Positions 1 through 11,548 of a stretch of 64,000 nt of DNA are shown here, one piece after another. The DNA lies in contig NC_068985.1 of NCBI RefSeq assembly GCF_001194135.2, forward strand, positions 123,828,227 to 123,892,226, given 5' to 3'. The stretch is from Octopus bimaculoides. Taxonomy: Eukaryota. The position numbers and the translations under genes were made by a program. Below the pieces are notes generated by a model. It was not told where the DNA came from and did not search any database. It saw nothing but the letters and a program-made list of their open reading frames with translations. Every line of letters starts with the position of its first letter. Within the stretch, counting starts at the first letter, position 1.

Positions 1-15
1 TATATATATATATAT

Positions 16-50
<35 letters not shown>
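1..50. repeat. (TA)n/(GATA)n microsatellite
   Basis: Directly visible tandem repeats. Confidence 0.95.
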
Positions 51-51
<1 letters not shown>

Positions 52-260
52 GTGCAGGCGTGGCTGTGTGGTAAGAAGCTGCTTTCCAACCACATGGTTA
101 CGTGTTCAGTCTCACTGCGTGGCACCTTGGGCGAGTGTTTCTACTATAACCACGACCGATTAAAACCTTGTGAGTAGATTTGGTAGACGGAAACTGAAAG
201 AAGCCCATCATATCTGTGTGTGTGTGTGCGTGTGTGTGTGTGTTTGTATCTGTGTTTGTG
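52..260 (+). mobile_element. tRNA-derived SINE 'family A', 5' half followed by its internal (TG)n
   Basis: ggctgtgtggtaagaagc...ccaaccacatggtt...gttcagtc.cactgcgtggcaccttggg...gatttggtagacggaaactgaaagaagcc recurs at 16546, 48608 and (minus) 57125-57510; box A/box B-like head. Confidence 0.85.
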
Positions 261-599
261 TCTTCTTCTTCTCCCCCTCCCCCTCCGCCTTCTCTTCTTA
301 CATTTCATTCTTTCCTTCCTCTATCACCTCCTCCTTCTTTATGTTCTTTTTCTCCGTCTCCCTTTCCTTTTTTTTGTTTTCCTCTTCGGCTGATTCTCTG
401 CCATCCAAAAATATTGTCTGTTTCATCACGTTATTATCTTTCTATTTACTTGAATTTCCCATCTCCTATTCTTATGTAATTATACTTTTGTGGTACCGTT
501 ACACATCCACCTTACACCAGCCATCTTCTCCCACATACATTTCCTTTTTCTCTTTTTTTCTACCCCTTTTCCCCTCTTCCTCTCTGTTTTAAGGCGATA

Positions 600-856
600 T
601 ATCTATGACCACATTATTTACATTATTTACATTTGACGGATATTTGTCCTCATCTTGTTTGTTGTTAACACAACGTTTCGGCTGATATACCCTCCAGCCT
701 TCGTCAGGTGTCTTGGGGTAATTTCGAACCTGGGTTCTCATTCCTAACGATGTTACTATTATTATATTATTATTTTTTTTTATTATTAATCAGGTCGCTG
801 CCGTGAATCGAACTCGGAATCTTGGGGTTAGTAGCCCGCTCTCTTAACCACTACGC
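600..856 (-). mobile_element. Short tRNA-headed, hammerhead-containing element (SINE/retrozyme-like, PLE-associated)
   Basis: Minus strand: gcgtagtggttaagag...gagttcgattc (box A/B), A-rich spacer, HHR motif, then (aatgtaaat)-type tandem tail; head ~90% identical to 58665-58716. Confidence 0.7.
667..712 (-). ncRNA. Minimal type I hammerhead ribozyme motif
   Basis: Minus: GACAC-CTGACGA-a-GGCTG(gagggtatat)CAGCC-GAAAC-GT-T-GTGTT; stem I gacac/gtgtt, stem II 5 bp, palindromic ACGT stem III, GUU triplet. Confidence 0.65.
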
Positions 857-858
857 TT

Positions 859-907
<49 letters not shown>

Positions 908-960
908 ATGCATGTGTGTGTGTATGCCTGTGTGTGTGTATGCCTGTGCGCGCGCGCGCG

Positions 961-1047
961 TATTCTGATCAATAAATATCCGGACTGTTGCCATAGTAAC
1001 AAAGCTTAAGCAGAGTAAAGCCGCTTGGCACAGATTGAACTTGAACA
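961..1047 (+). mobile_element. Mariner left-end fragment, same family as 27903-28620
   Basis: tcaataaatatccggactgttgccatagtaac...cagagtaaagccgcttggcacagattga matches 27913-27990. Confidence 0.7.
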
Positions 1048-1104
1048 CTTCTCTCTCTCTCTCTCTCTGTCTCTCTCTCACTAGCTATGCTGATAATACG
1101 AAAG

Positions 1105-1365
1105 TATTACAGACGGTCGAGAACCGTTGGTGACATATCAAAACTGCAAAAAGATGTGAATGCCTTATAGAAATGGGCCGATGAAAATATAACACGCAGT
1201 TCAACGCTGAGCAGTTTCAAGCACTCCACTGTCGACCCGCAAACCGACTACAATCGGAATAAACATGATTAGGGGTAGTGCAATCCCAGAGTTAGAGTTG
1301 GTACGTGGCTTTGGAATCAACATGGAGAATGATACAAGATACTAAGCGCATGTAAATGGTACGGC
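1105..1365 (+). mobile_element. Degenerate CR1-type LINE RT fragment
   Basis: Frameshifted pieces (LQKDVNAL..WADEN, QFNAEQFQAL, AIPELELVRGFGI) parallel the better copy at 2325-2666. Confidence 0.5.
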
Positions 1366-1367
1366 AA

Positions 1368-1485
1368 TAGGACGAAAGAGGAAGTTGACCTCGGCCACAT
1401 TTGAACGCAGAACGTGAAGAACCGGGAAATATTCTGCAAAGCATTTTGCCCGACGCTCTAACGATTCTGCCAATCCTGTTAATCA
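1368..1485 (-). mobile_element. SINE 'family B', 5' part
   Basis: Minus: ggcagaatcgttagagcgtcgggcaaaatgc...gttctgcgttcaaatgtggccgaggtcaac, as in 46905-47510. Confidence 0.7.
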
Positions 1486-1696
1486 CGTTTCTTTTCGATG
1501 CATCCCAATAATCATCGACAAACATAAAGAAAGGCAGCATTCATGAGAAACACATGTAAACACACACGGACACTCATGTAGACATACAGAAAAATGCACG
1601 CATACCCAGAAATATACAGGGTGATACACATAGCCTAATGACTATATACAAGAACTCATACTCTTACATACAAACACATTCATGTATACAAATGAC

Positions 1697-1742
1697 GGAT
1701 GGTGCACCAGCATGACCGCAGCCACTTGGCTGAAACACATAA

Positions 1743-1745
<3 letters not shown>
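1697..1745 (+). mobile_element. Isolated CR1/SINE-A 3' tail
   Basis: ggtgcaccagcatgaccgcagccacttggctgaaacacataaataaat, homologous to tails at 3170-3210, 5140-5185 and 24335-24380. Confidence 0.6.
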
Positions 1746-1780
<35 letters not shown>

Positions 1781-2128
1781 CAAAACATTCCCACAATATA
1801 CACAAGAGAAAAAAGCCAGGTCAGTTCCTCCTCAACTTTATTCGATTATCAAAGAATATGTATATGTATTTTCATACACTGTTTTTAACATTTTCATCTT
1901 ATTATCAGAGAATGTGTGATAATCAGTATGTAACAATACAAAGTTCATACAAAGCTTTATACTTTAAATATATTTTATCATCAAAGAATGTATATATGCA
2001 TTTTAATACTCAAACTGTTTTTTTAACATTTTTTATTATTCTCAAAGACTTTTGATAATCTTTTTCTAAAAAAGTGAAACCGGTTAAGTAAATAAATATC
2101 TTTAAAATAAGTGCATTTTCAAACCTTC

Positions 2129-2168
<40 letters not shown>

Positions 2169-2173
2169 CGAAT

Positions 2174-2209
<36 letters not shown>

Positions 2210-2289
2210 AGCGAATATATCCGCTGTATCGGAAATCTACAATGGTTCTACAGTTCCATAACTCCTGTCTCGGTTTTATGTATATATAT

Positions 2290-3215
2290 AAAATCCTGGA
2301 AATACTGCACATCTGCAATGGGAGTTGGATGCAATACACAGGTGGGCTAAGGACAACAACATGCAGTTTAATGCAGGAAAATTCCAAGTCCTGCGCTACC
2401 AACACACAAAGCAGGCAGGATACACTGGCCCGGGAGGAATTGCAATCCCTAGATCAAAATCCGTGCGTGACCTGGGCCTCGACATAAGTAATGAAGCAGC
2501 TTGCCAAGTGCATATTACTAATTTGGTAATAAAATGCAGAGGGCTGGATGGATGGACCTTCCGATCTTTCAAAACAGGAGAAAAGGAGACAATGGTGGTC
2601 CTTTGGAAGGTATACGTCCTCAGCCGCTTCGACTACTGCTCCCAACTAGGTCACAACATAATATAAACTTAACGGCAGAACTCGAAGCAATCCAGTGAAG
2701 CTACACAAAGAAAACCGTCTCAATGCAATGTACCAGCTACTGGCAAAGTCTGAAAGAATTAAAACTCTTCTCCTTAGAACGAAGGCGAGAAAGATATGCT
2801 AATATGAATCTGGAAAATTCTGGAAGGCCTTGTACCAAACTTTGACATTGAAAGTTACACAAACAGCAGAACGGGACGCCATTGCATAGTACTAAAGATT
2901 CCAGCATCTCCATCAAGATACAGGACCAGATACTACAACAGCTTGGGTTTCAAGGGCCCACAATTCTTCAGTATCCTTCAAAACTGCCTGATACACTTGC
3001 ATGGTATAGATGTAGGTGTCTTCAAAATTGGATCTCCTCTTGTCAAGGGTTACAGATAAATCTACCTCACAGCAGGAAACACAGATGAGGGAAGCGGTAT
3101 CAGACTCCCTCATTCACTAAATGCCACATATCACAGGAGGTTTCAAATAATGTTGTAGCACTGTAAACGGTGGTGCCCCAGCATGACCGCAGCTTTGAAG
3201 ATGGAACAATTTAAA
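2290..3215 (+). mobile_element. 5'-truncated CR1-type LINE (ORF2 RT C-terminus plus 3' UTR), inactivated
   Basis: ORF 2325-2666 DAIHRWAKDNNMQFNAGKFQVL...VRDLGL...LSRFDYCSQL; downstream frames ELKLFSLERRRERY, GFKGPQ, LDLL; tail gtggtgccccagcatgaccgcagc. Confidence 0.85.
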
Positions 3216-3229
3216 GCTTTTAAAGATTT

Positions 3230-3310
<81 letters not shown>

Positions 3311-3576
3311 NNNNNNNNNNNNNNNNNNNNNNNNNNNNNNNNNNNNNNNNNNNNNNNNNNNNNNNNNNNNNNNNNNNNNNNNNNNNNNNNNNNNNNNNNN
3401 NNNNNNNNNNNNNNNNNNNNNNNNNNNNNNNNNNNNNNNNNNNNNNNNNNNNNNNNNNNNNNNNNNNNNNNNNNNNNNNNNNNNNNNNNNNNNNNNNNNN
3501 NNNNNNNNNNNNNNNNNNNNNNNNNNNNNNNNNNNNNNNNNNNNNNNNNNNNNNNNNNNNNNNNNNNNNNNNNNNN

Positions 3577-3605
<29 letters not shown>

Positions 3606-3608
<3 letters not shown>

Positions 3609-4857
3609 CTAGAAGTAAGTAGACACCCCATAAAACATCGTTTTATGTTTATTCTAACTTGTAAAGGTTTATGTTTTTTATTAATTGACATTTTTATGTT
3701 TCAGGTTCTATATGTCACTGTTTAATCATGTCATGTACAAAAGAATCCTTCAAAATGTCTGAATTTCAAAGAGGCCGTATTGTGGGTCAGTCTGAAGGTG
3801 GACATAGACAGCGTAAAATCGCAGAACACTTTGGGTTCCCGTTTTCTATAGTGACTGTGCAATTTACCAGAGAGGGGAAGGAGTCCACATCACCTCGCCC
3901 AGGTTGACCTAGGCTCTCTGACCGTGGCCTTCACTTTGTTAAGAGAAGTGTGGAAGATAATCCTCGTTGCAAGGTCTCTGACATAGCAGAGCACGTTGAT
4001 GTCAGTCCCCGAACAGTTGTCAGGTATCTCCACAAACTTGGTTACTATGGTAGAGCAGCAAGAAGGAAGCCACTTCTTTGACAAGCCAATATCAAGCGGA
4101 GAGAAGATTGGACCAGTCAGATGGTGGAGAGGCGACTAGCATTTTGGGACACTATCATATTCTTCAATGAGTCCATATTTGGTGTATTTTCTGACAGTGA
4201 TCGAGTGTGGGTCTGGAGACCCTATGATCAATTATTTGACGTATAAAGATTGTAGCCAACAATGAAACATGGCAGCTATTTTGTGATGGACTGGAATTTG
4301 AAGCAATAGTCAACCAGAGCTGGTGGAGTGTGAGGGAAACATAAACTCAGATAAGTATATGTCCATATTGCAGAAATGACTCCTTTCAGTTTTCTCCAGT
4401 GGTAAAATGATTAAAGAAGACTCTTTATTTATGGAAGATGGGGCACCTTGTCACACGGCTAAATTGACTCAAGACATTTTGGATGAGAATGGCATTAAAA
4501 AGCTTCCATGGCTAAGCCAGTCACCAGATGTGAACCCTATTGAACACATCTGGGACATAATGGACAGGATATTTCATAAAAAGAAAGCATCTTCATAACA
4601 AAAAAAAAAAAACATCATTAAAGCCAGATATTTTGAGATTATTGCATGAAACTTGGCAAGAAATTCCTCAAGAGAATATTCGTCATCTGATCATTAACAT
4701 ACCTAATAGGGTCGTTGCATTGAAAAATGCAAGGGGTATGTCTACTAAATATCAAATATTCACATTATAACAATTTATAAATAATCTGAATGTATAATTT
4801 CAGATTTAAATAAATTTTAACGATTATAAGCGTGTCTATTTACTTCTGACATACCTG
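3606..4857 (+). mobile_element. Near-full-length defective Tc1-family DNA transposon
   Basis: Broken transposase from ATG 3755 (MSEFQRGRIVG...LHKLGYYGRAARRKPLL...IIFFNES...FMEDGAPCH...SPDVNPIEHIWD, DD34E type); inverted ends atgctagaagtaagtagacac (3606-3626) and gtgtctatttacttctgacatacctg then TA (4832-4859). Confidence 0.9.
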
Positions 4858-4885
4858 TATATATATATATATAAACACACACACA

Positions 4886-5085
4886 TTATTTTTACTTGTT
4901 TCATTCATTGGACTGTGGCCGCAGTGGGGCACTGCCTTGAGATATTTAGTCGAACAAATTGACCACATACTCTTTTTAAGCTTAGTACTTATTCTATTGG
5001 TCTCTTTGCAAACCGTTAAGTTACGTGAGCGTAAATAAACCAATACGGGTTGTCAAGCTGTGGTGGAGAACAAACAGAAAGACAC
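4886..5085 (-). mobile_element. SINE family A, 3' half
   Basis: Minus: gacaaccc...ttacgctcacgtaacttaacggtttgcaaagagaccaatagaataagtactaagc...aaggcagtgccccactgcggccacagtc...gaaacaagtaaaa. Confidence 0.8.
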
Positions 5086-5132
5086 ATGCATAGATAGATA
5101 GGGAAATAAATAATTAGACATATATATCTTAT

Positions 5133-5552
5133 TTACCTTTTAGGGGTTTCATCTCGGGAGCTGCAACCACGCTGGGGCACCACCGTTAGCTTTGCTATAT
5201 TTTCACTACTTAAAATCTCTAGTATCTGACAATTGCTGAATGAGGACGTTTCCTGCTGCAAGGTAGGTTCACCCGGAAGTCCTGACTGGGGAATATCCAG
5301 GTATTTTTTTTTAAGACATCTACACCTACGTCTCTCAGATGTTTTTGGAGGGTAATGAAAAGATGTGGGCCCATGAAATCTAAGATGTTGCAAAATCTAT
5401 TCCTGTAACTTGATGGCGATGTTGGGACCTTTGGTACTATGCAGTTGCGTTTCGTTCTGTTGCTTGAGTAAATTTCAACGCCAAAGTTTGCTACAACTTC
5501 TTCCAGGATTTTCCAGATGTGTATCCTTGTATACCATTCATGCATTCGTTAT
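5133..5552 (-). mobile_element. CR1-type LINE 3' fragment
   Basis: ORF 5219-5545 IWKILEEVVANFGVE...VPKVPTSPSSYRNRFCN...GPHLF...DVDVLK; tail ggtggtgccccagcgtggttgcagc. Confidence 0.8.
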
Positions 5553-5801
5553 NNNNNNNNNNNNNNNNNNNNNNNNNNNNNNNNNNNNNNNNNNNNNNNN
5601 NNNNNNNNNNNNNNNNNNNNNNNNNNNNNNNNNNNNNNNNNNNNNNNNNNNNNNNNNNNNNNNNNNNNNNNNNNNNNNNNNNNNNNNNNNNNNNNNNNNN
5701 NNNNNNNNNNNNNNNNNNNNNNNNNNNNNNNNNNNTTGGTTCGTACATATAGATGAATTCTTTATGTGAATTTGTCTGTTGAAACAAAAATGTTTTTGTG
5801 C

Positions 5802-6065
5802 CTAGGGAGAATCATTATATCAATATTATCATCACACGTACTGGTTCAATTCCACTCGTTTATTATTATTCAATTGGTTAACACTCCAACTAAATAATTG
5901 TTTGTTTAATTTGACGAACCAAAACTAAACAAATGACTTACTGTTTAACCAGATTAAGTAAACAATCGATTAGTTAGTTGGATATTTAACCAATTGACTA
6001 GTAATAAAGGAGTGAAATTGAACCAGTGCGTGTGTTAATAATTTTGGCATAATGACTCTCCCTAG
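5802..6065. mobile_element. Foldback/MITE-like element (imperfect ~265-bp palindrome)
   Basis: ctagggagaatcattat...cacacgtactggttcaattccactc... pairs with ...gagtgaaattgaaccagtgcgtgtg...ataatgactctccctag along most of its length. Confidence 0.8.
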
Positions 6066-6536
6066 ATACAGCAATCTCTCTCTCTCTCTCTCTATCTGTC
6101 TGTCTGTCTGTCTCTGTCTCTCTCTCTCTCTCTACATATATATGTATACACACACACATTTATGTATGCACATGAGGTACATACGTAGTATATGATATAT
6201 GTGATACAATATATGTGCTGTGTGTAGGCTGGGCGATACTATTTAATATACTAATAATTCTTCCCCACTCACATTTTGCAAGAGGTACATACGTAGTATA
6301 TGATATATGTGATAGCCGAAATAGTTGAATAAAGAAGGCGTCATAATAAGTTGTAAAGATCTCAGATTTCAGGATGGCTTCGAGACTGTCGTTTTTCCCT
6401 TCATTTTCTTGAGATTGATACTAACCGAAATCTCAAAATATATATATGTGCCTAACCACCGTTATAATAAAATGCATGCATATATACATATATCATTTTT
6501 TTTTCATCTACAGAGAAACAGCAAAATACGCCTTGT

Positions 6537-6767
6537 TTATGTATCTACTATATAGGTTACATATATCATATCATACCTTGATACTAAGTGGACTGAGATC
6601 CCCATTGACAGACCCCTGATATTAAAATAAAATTTTAAGTACTTATGGTATGCAAAATAGAAGCCCCAGTATTCTGCTGTTATAGATCTGCTGAGTATAT
6701 AAATAGATTGGATGCTTGTTTCTCGGGTATTGGTCTGATTGATGTAGAGCTTCTTATTAGGACCCAA
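6537..6767 (-). mobile_element. Possible highly decayed Penelope-like RT fragment
   Basis: KLYINQT...KFYFNIRGLSMG loosely resembles PLE RT motifs (SLYTNI; G.AMG); weak. Confidence 0.3.
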
Positions 6768-7528
6768 TAATGCTCGAAAATCGATTAAGACTGTTCATCG
6801 TTTTTTTCATAATCTACGGAGAAATAGCGAAATTTGCCCTGTTTATACAACTACTATATTATTTACACACACACACACATATATGTGAGTGTGTAAATAG
6901 TGGAGTAGGAATTGTACAATCAACTTCATTATTCTACAGCTTTTTCTCTGTAAGAACCAGTACACTCAGAGCTGAGTGCTTATGCATCACTTTATATATT
7001 GTATACATGTATTTAAACGCTTTCCCAAATAAACATACACATCATTTAAAACATTCCGAAGAAGCACACAGCTCTGAGTTTGCTTTTCTCATAGCAGAAA
7101 GAAATGTAAGCTAATGAAGTCGATTGGGTAATTCCTGTTCTCCTCTCATTTAATTAATTTCCTTTTATGTTCTATATTCACTGAGAGTTTTCTTCTGAAG
7201 AGTCTGTATATCGAGTTCTAACAACAGGTTATTAGTGTTGCTATGCCTCAGCGAAATCATAAAATATATTTATATAGACAGGTAGATAATAGATTGAAGA
7301 CATTTTCACGAACAAAACTGGAGAATATAAAACATTGAATGGAGTGAAATAATTCATGATGACGGTAAATTTAGTAGCGGTAAATCGTAAATTGAATTCA
7401 AAAATTGCAAGATCGTAATTGCAACAAAATTCGGATTGAGCAGTTGTATTTATGCTTCTAACGATCTGTTAGATATTAATTCCAAGTATGAAATTTTAAG
7501 TCACGAAGTATATCCCCATAATAACATG

Positions 7529-7561
<33 letters not shown>

Positions 7562-8225
7562 TACCGGAGTAAGCACATGCAATGTGCAACAAGGTGGAAA
7601 AAAGAGTACTCAAATACCAGAGGTAGAGTAATATGCTTTATTTAAAAGCAGCAGAAATATAACAAAAAAAAAAATATATATATAGTTATCCTTCCNNNNN
7701 NNNNNNNNNNNNNNNNNNNNNNNNNNNNNNNNNNNNNNNNNNNNNNNNNNNNNNNNNNNNNNNNNNNNNNNNNNNNNNNNNNNNNNNNNNNNNNNNNNNN
7801 NNNNNNNNNNNNNNNNNNNNNNNNNNNNNNNNNNNNNNNNNNNNNNNNNNNNNNNNNNNNNNNNNNNNNNNNNNNNNNNNNNNNNNNNNNNNNNNNNNNN
7901 NNNNNNNNNNNNNNNNNNNNNNNNNNNNNNNNNNNNNNNNNNNNNNNNNNNNNNNNNNNNNNNNNNNNNNNNNNNNNNNNNNNNNNNNNNNNNNNNNNNN
8001 NNNNNNNNNNNNNNNNNNNNNNNNNNNNNNNNNNNNNNNNNNNNNNNNNNNNNNNNNNNNNNNNNNNNNNNNNNNNNNNNNNNNNNNNNNNNNNNNNNNN
8101 NNNNNNNNNNNNNNNNNNNNNNNNNNNNNNNNNNNNNNNNNNNNNNNNNNNNNNNNNNNNNNNTATATATATATAAATACGTACATATATACTTATATGT
8201 ATATACATATACATATGTATATGAA

Positions 8226-8259
<34 letters not shown>

Positions 8260-8699
8260 TATATATGTGTGAGGCATTAAAGAAATACAGTCAAGTCTAC
8301 TGCAAGTGATGGCCTACATTAAAAGATAGGAACAATGGAATTGAAAAGTGGAAAGCTGAAAGAAAATATTTTGTAATTAATATATTTTCATCATGCAAAG
8401 TAGAGTAAAAGACCCTCATGTAATATTTATAATTATTCACGTTTATTTACTTTTTTGTATTTCTATATGTAATTTCAGTCAATTAGAATATATCTCCTAT
8501 ATAAACCATAATGTCGGTCACGCTGGTAGAGAGAAACTAAACGAACAAACTGAGTGTATGTATGTATGTATGTATGTATGTATGTATGCATTGCATAGAT
8601 GTGTATATGTATACATGCATGTATATAAATACGTACATATATATATTCAATCTCGAGGATTGAATCATCCCAAAGGGCACTCTCCAAACGAATTGAAGC

Positions 8700-9190
8700 C
8701 ATGACTGATCTTGATTACTGAGACCGCCTTAAAGCCCCCTCTCAAGGGCCGCCGCGGGCGGTACATCATTTGTACGATGTGGAAAAATATACCACCAGCA
8801 TTGCCCAAAAGACCTGAACATTAGTTTCAAGGTTCATCCAAGGCTGCGACCACGAGCCATACGTCCCTGCCCAATTCAGGATCACAACGAATAGGTACAC
8901 TGCGCCATAATTTCTTTTCCTCAACCGGCCCTGCCCTGTTTAACATTGTCCAAAACAGATAAAAGAGGAAAAGGATCCTATCAGCTTTAAACGGAGTCTA
9001 GACAGATTTCTTCAAGGAATACCGGACAAGCCACCCGTACCTGGTTACAACTCACTCAATAAGAACTCATTACTTGAATGGACCATAATCAAAACTTGAC
9101 TGTAAAAAGGATTTAGATAATTCTATTAAGTTAGACATGGCCTGGACCAATCTTTGGTCGAAACATATCTAAGTTTTATCTAAGTTTTAT
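8700..9190 (+). mobile_element. CR1-type LINE 3' fragment, second subfamily
   Basis: RRGRYII.TMWK...HNFFSSTGPALFNIV...SFKRSLDRFLQGIPDKPPVPGYNSLNKNSLLEW; tail ggcctggacca...tggtcgaaac then tandem ctaagttttat x2. Confidence 0.75.
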
Positions 9191-9901
9191 ATATATATAT
9201 ACATACATACACACACACACACACACGCACACACACATACACACAAACACAAACACACAATATTCTTCGAAACGTTTAGTTTTAGAATGGTGGCAGCTGA
9301 TGAAAGAAATGTTCTCTATGTGGCCTGTATGTTTTCTGTACTCTGTTTATGTTGTTTTTCATTTTGTCCATGTTTTTTTTTTCTGACATCCAGTACCCAG
9401 ATATGATTCTCTATATACATGTAGATGTAGGTATGTACCTCGCATTCGGTACTAAATGTGGTTATTTTGAGAAGTCCAGTGTGTGGCATTATTCTTCTGT
9501 AGTAATACCCATTATATAAATATGTACGTATATATGCATATGCCCACATATTATTTGTATTATNNNNNNNNNNNNNNNNNNNNNNNNNNNNNNNNNNNNN
9601 NNNNNNNNNNNNNNNNNNNNNNNNNNNNNNNNNNNNNNNNNNNNNNNNNNNNNNNNNNNNNNNNNNNNNNNNNNNNNNNNNNNNNNNNNNNNNNNNNNNN
9701 NNNNNNNNNNNNNNNNNNNNNNNNNNNNNNNNNNNNNNNNNNNNNNNNNNNNNNNNNNNNNNNNNNNNNNNNNNNNNNNNNNNNNNNNNNNNNNNNNNNN
9801 NNNNNNNNNNNNNNNNNNNNNNNNNNNNNNNNNNNNNNNNNNNNNNNNNNNNNNNNNNNNNNNNNNNNNNNNNNNNNNNNNNNNNNNNNNNNNNNNNNNN
9901 N

Positions 9902-9936
<35 letters not shown>

Positions 9937-10057
9937 GTACACACACATACACACACACACACACACATATACATACAAATAAATGTCTAACCAGACGGGC
10001 ATGTAACAACATAACAGCCCAAACTCAGGATCTTTAGTGAGACACAACTTTATGCAT

Positions 10058-10162
10058 AGACACACCTGATGAGACCCAGACTGCAAAATTGATGCAACAC
10101 ATGTTGAACTGGGTCCCACCCATAAGGGACAGTGGTAGGATGGGTCGAAATGACCGCTGTAC
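10058..10162 (+). ncRNA. Candidate degenerate hammerhead with enlarged stem II
   Basis: cacac-CTGATGA-GACCC...(~65 nt)...GGGTC-GAAA-tgaccgctgta; stems I and III not convincingly paired. Confidence 0.35.
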
Positions 10163-10338
10163 AAAATAAAGATTAATACGAAATCCATCTTCGCGTTACT
10201 TAAGAAATTATTATCATTATCTCAACTAACACTGCGGAATTCAACTGAAATATATCCCAACAGTGGATGACACCAGGTAGCCCAAAATATGCCAATACTC
10301 TACTCAAGACTTCAACAAACTAATCGACATTACTCCAA

Positions 10339-10375
<37 letters not shown>

Positions 10376-10615
10376 CGTGCTTGTGTGTGTATGTGTGTGT
10401 GCGCGCGCACACACGCACACACACACACATTCACATTCACATTTATCATAATAATAAAGTCACATGAAATGAAATATAGTAACTTAGTTTATTCATACAA
10501 AAGGTAGAGAAATTTTTCGAAATTTTCACGGAAATGAAATGCAATGGAATGAACTAAACTAAAATAAAATTAAATATTTACGTTATACTATTTAAGAATT
10601 ACCCTGGCGCTCGAA

Positions 10616-11419
10616 AATGTTTAAACTTCAGCTAAAGAGAGGAAATCTAATTTCCTTTATATACAGAAATGTAGGCTTAGGTGAGAATTGCGATTGTGTG
10701 GTGTGAACTGAATAGAGTGAGGCAGTCACGTGACATTTTTGGACCAATTATACTGTGATGTCAAATGACATGCTTATTCTATTTTCCGTGCATTGTGTTC
10801 CCTCTGATGTCCGTGGGATTGAGTGGTTCTCAACCGGGATATGGCTCCTGAGGGTTCCTATAAGAGATTTGGGACCCACACAACAAAATAGAAGAATTTG
10901 CCTTAGATGTATTGCAAGAAACATGTTACAAAGCCCAACCTACACAAGTTAATATGTGAAAAGCAAAACTGAAATTTAGAAAGAATTTTCTATAAAATTA
11001 GTTTTTAAACACCGAATGGCTATGAGGGTTCACCGGAATAAAATAATGATCAAAGGAGTTCATAGATAAAAGATAGTTGAGAAACCCTGGGTCACGTGAT
11101 CAGAAAGGTAGTGCCACTGTTAAGTGAAACTTTTGATAAGTGAACAGGTGAGCACTGTTCTGAGAATAAAAAAATTGTGTCAAGCTGTACCACACCTTTC
11201 TGATCACAAGGCCAATTCTTACGGGTTTCAAAGAGAACACAATACACAGACAATAGACCGAGCAGGTCATCTAACATCACTGTCATAATTGGCCTTAAAA
11301 TGTCACGTGACTGTCTCACGCTATTTATCTTACGTCACACATTCACAATCCTCACCTGAAACTACGTTCTGTGCATAAAGGAAATTGGATTTCCTCCTTT
11401 TAGCAGAGGCACAAACACT
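10616..11419. mobile_element. Foldback element with ~200+ bp imperfect inverted arms
   Basis: gctaaagagaggaaatctaatttcctttat...gcagtcacgtgacatttt...cattgtgttc pairs with gaacacaat...aaaatgtcacgtgactgt...ataaaggaaattggatttcctccttttagc; inner gtgatcagaaaggt/acctttctgatcac also pair. Confidence 0.8.
10821..11090. mobile_element. hAT-type non-autonomous element nested in the foldback's left arm
   Basis: Ends (g)agtggttctcaacc ... gttgagaaaccctg resemble CAGTGGTTCTCAAC-type hAT TIRs; its removal restores arm symmetry; no clear 8-bp TSD. Confidence 0.6.
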
Positions 11420-11514
11420 GAACAGCTTGAAAAATTCTTCAATGTAATGACATTAATACTTCATTTTATTCTATTTTATTTTATTGCATATACTTGGAAA
11501 ATTTATATACATAC

Positions 11515-11548
<34 letters not shown>

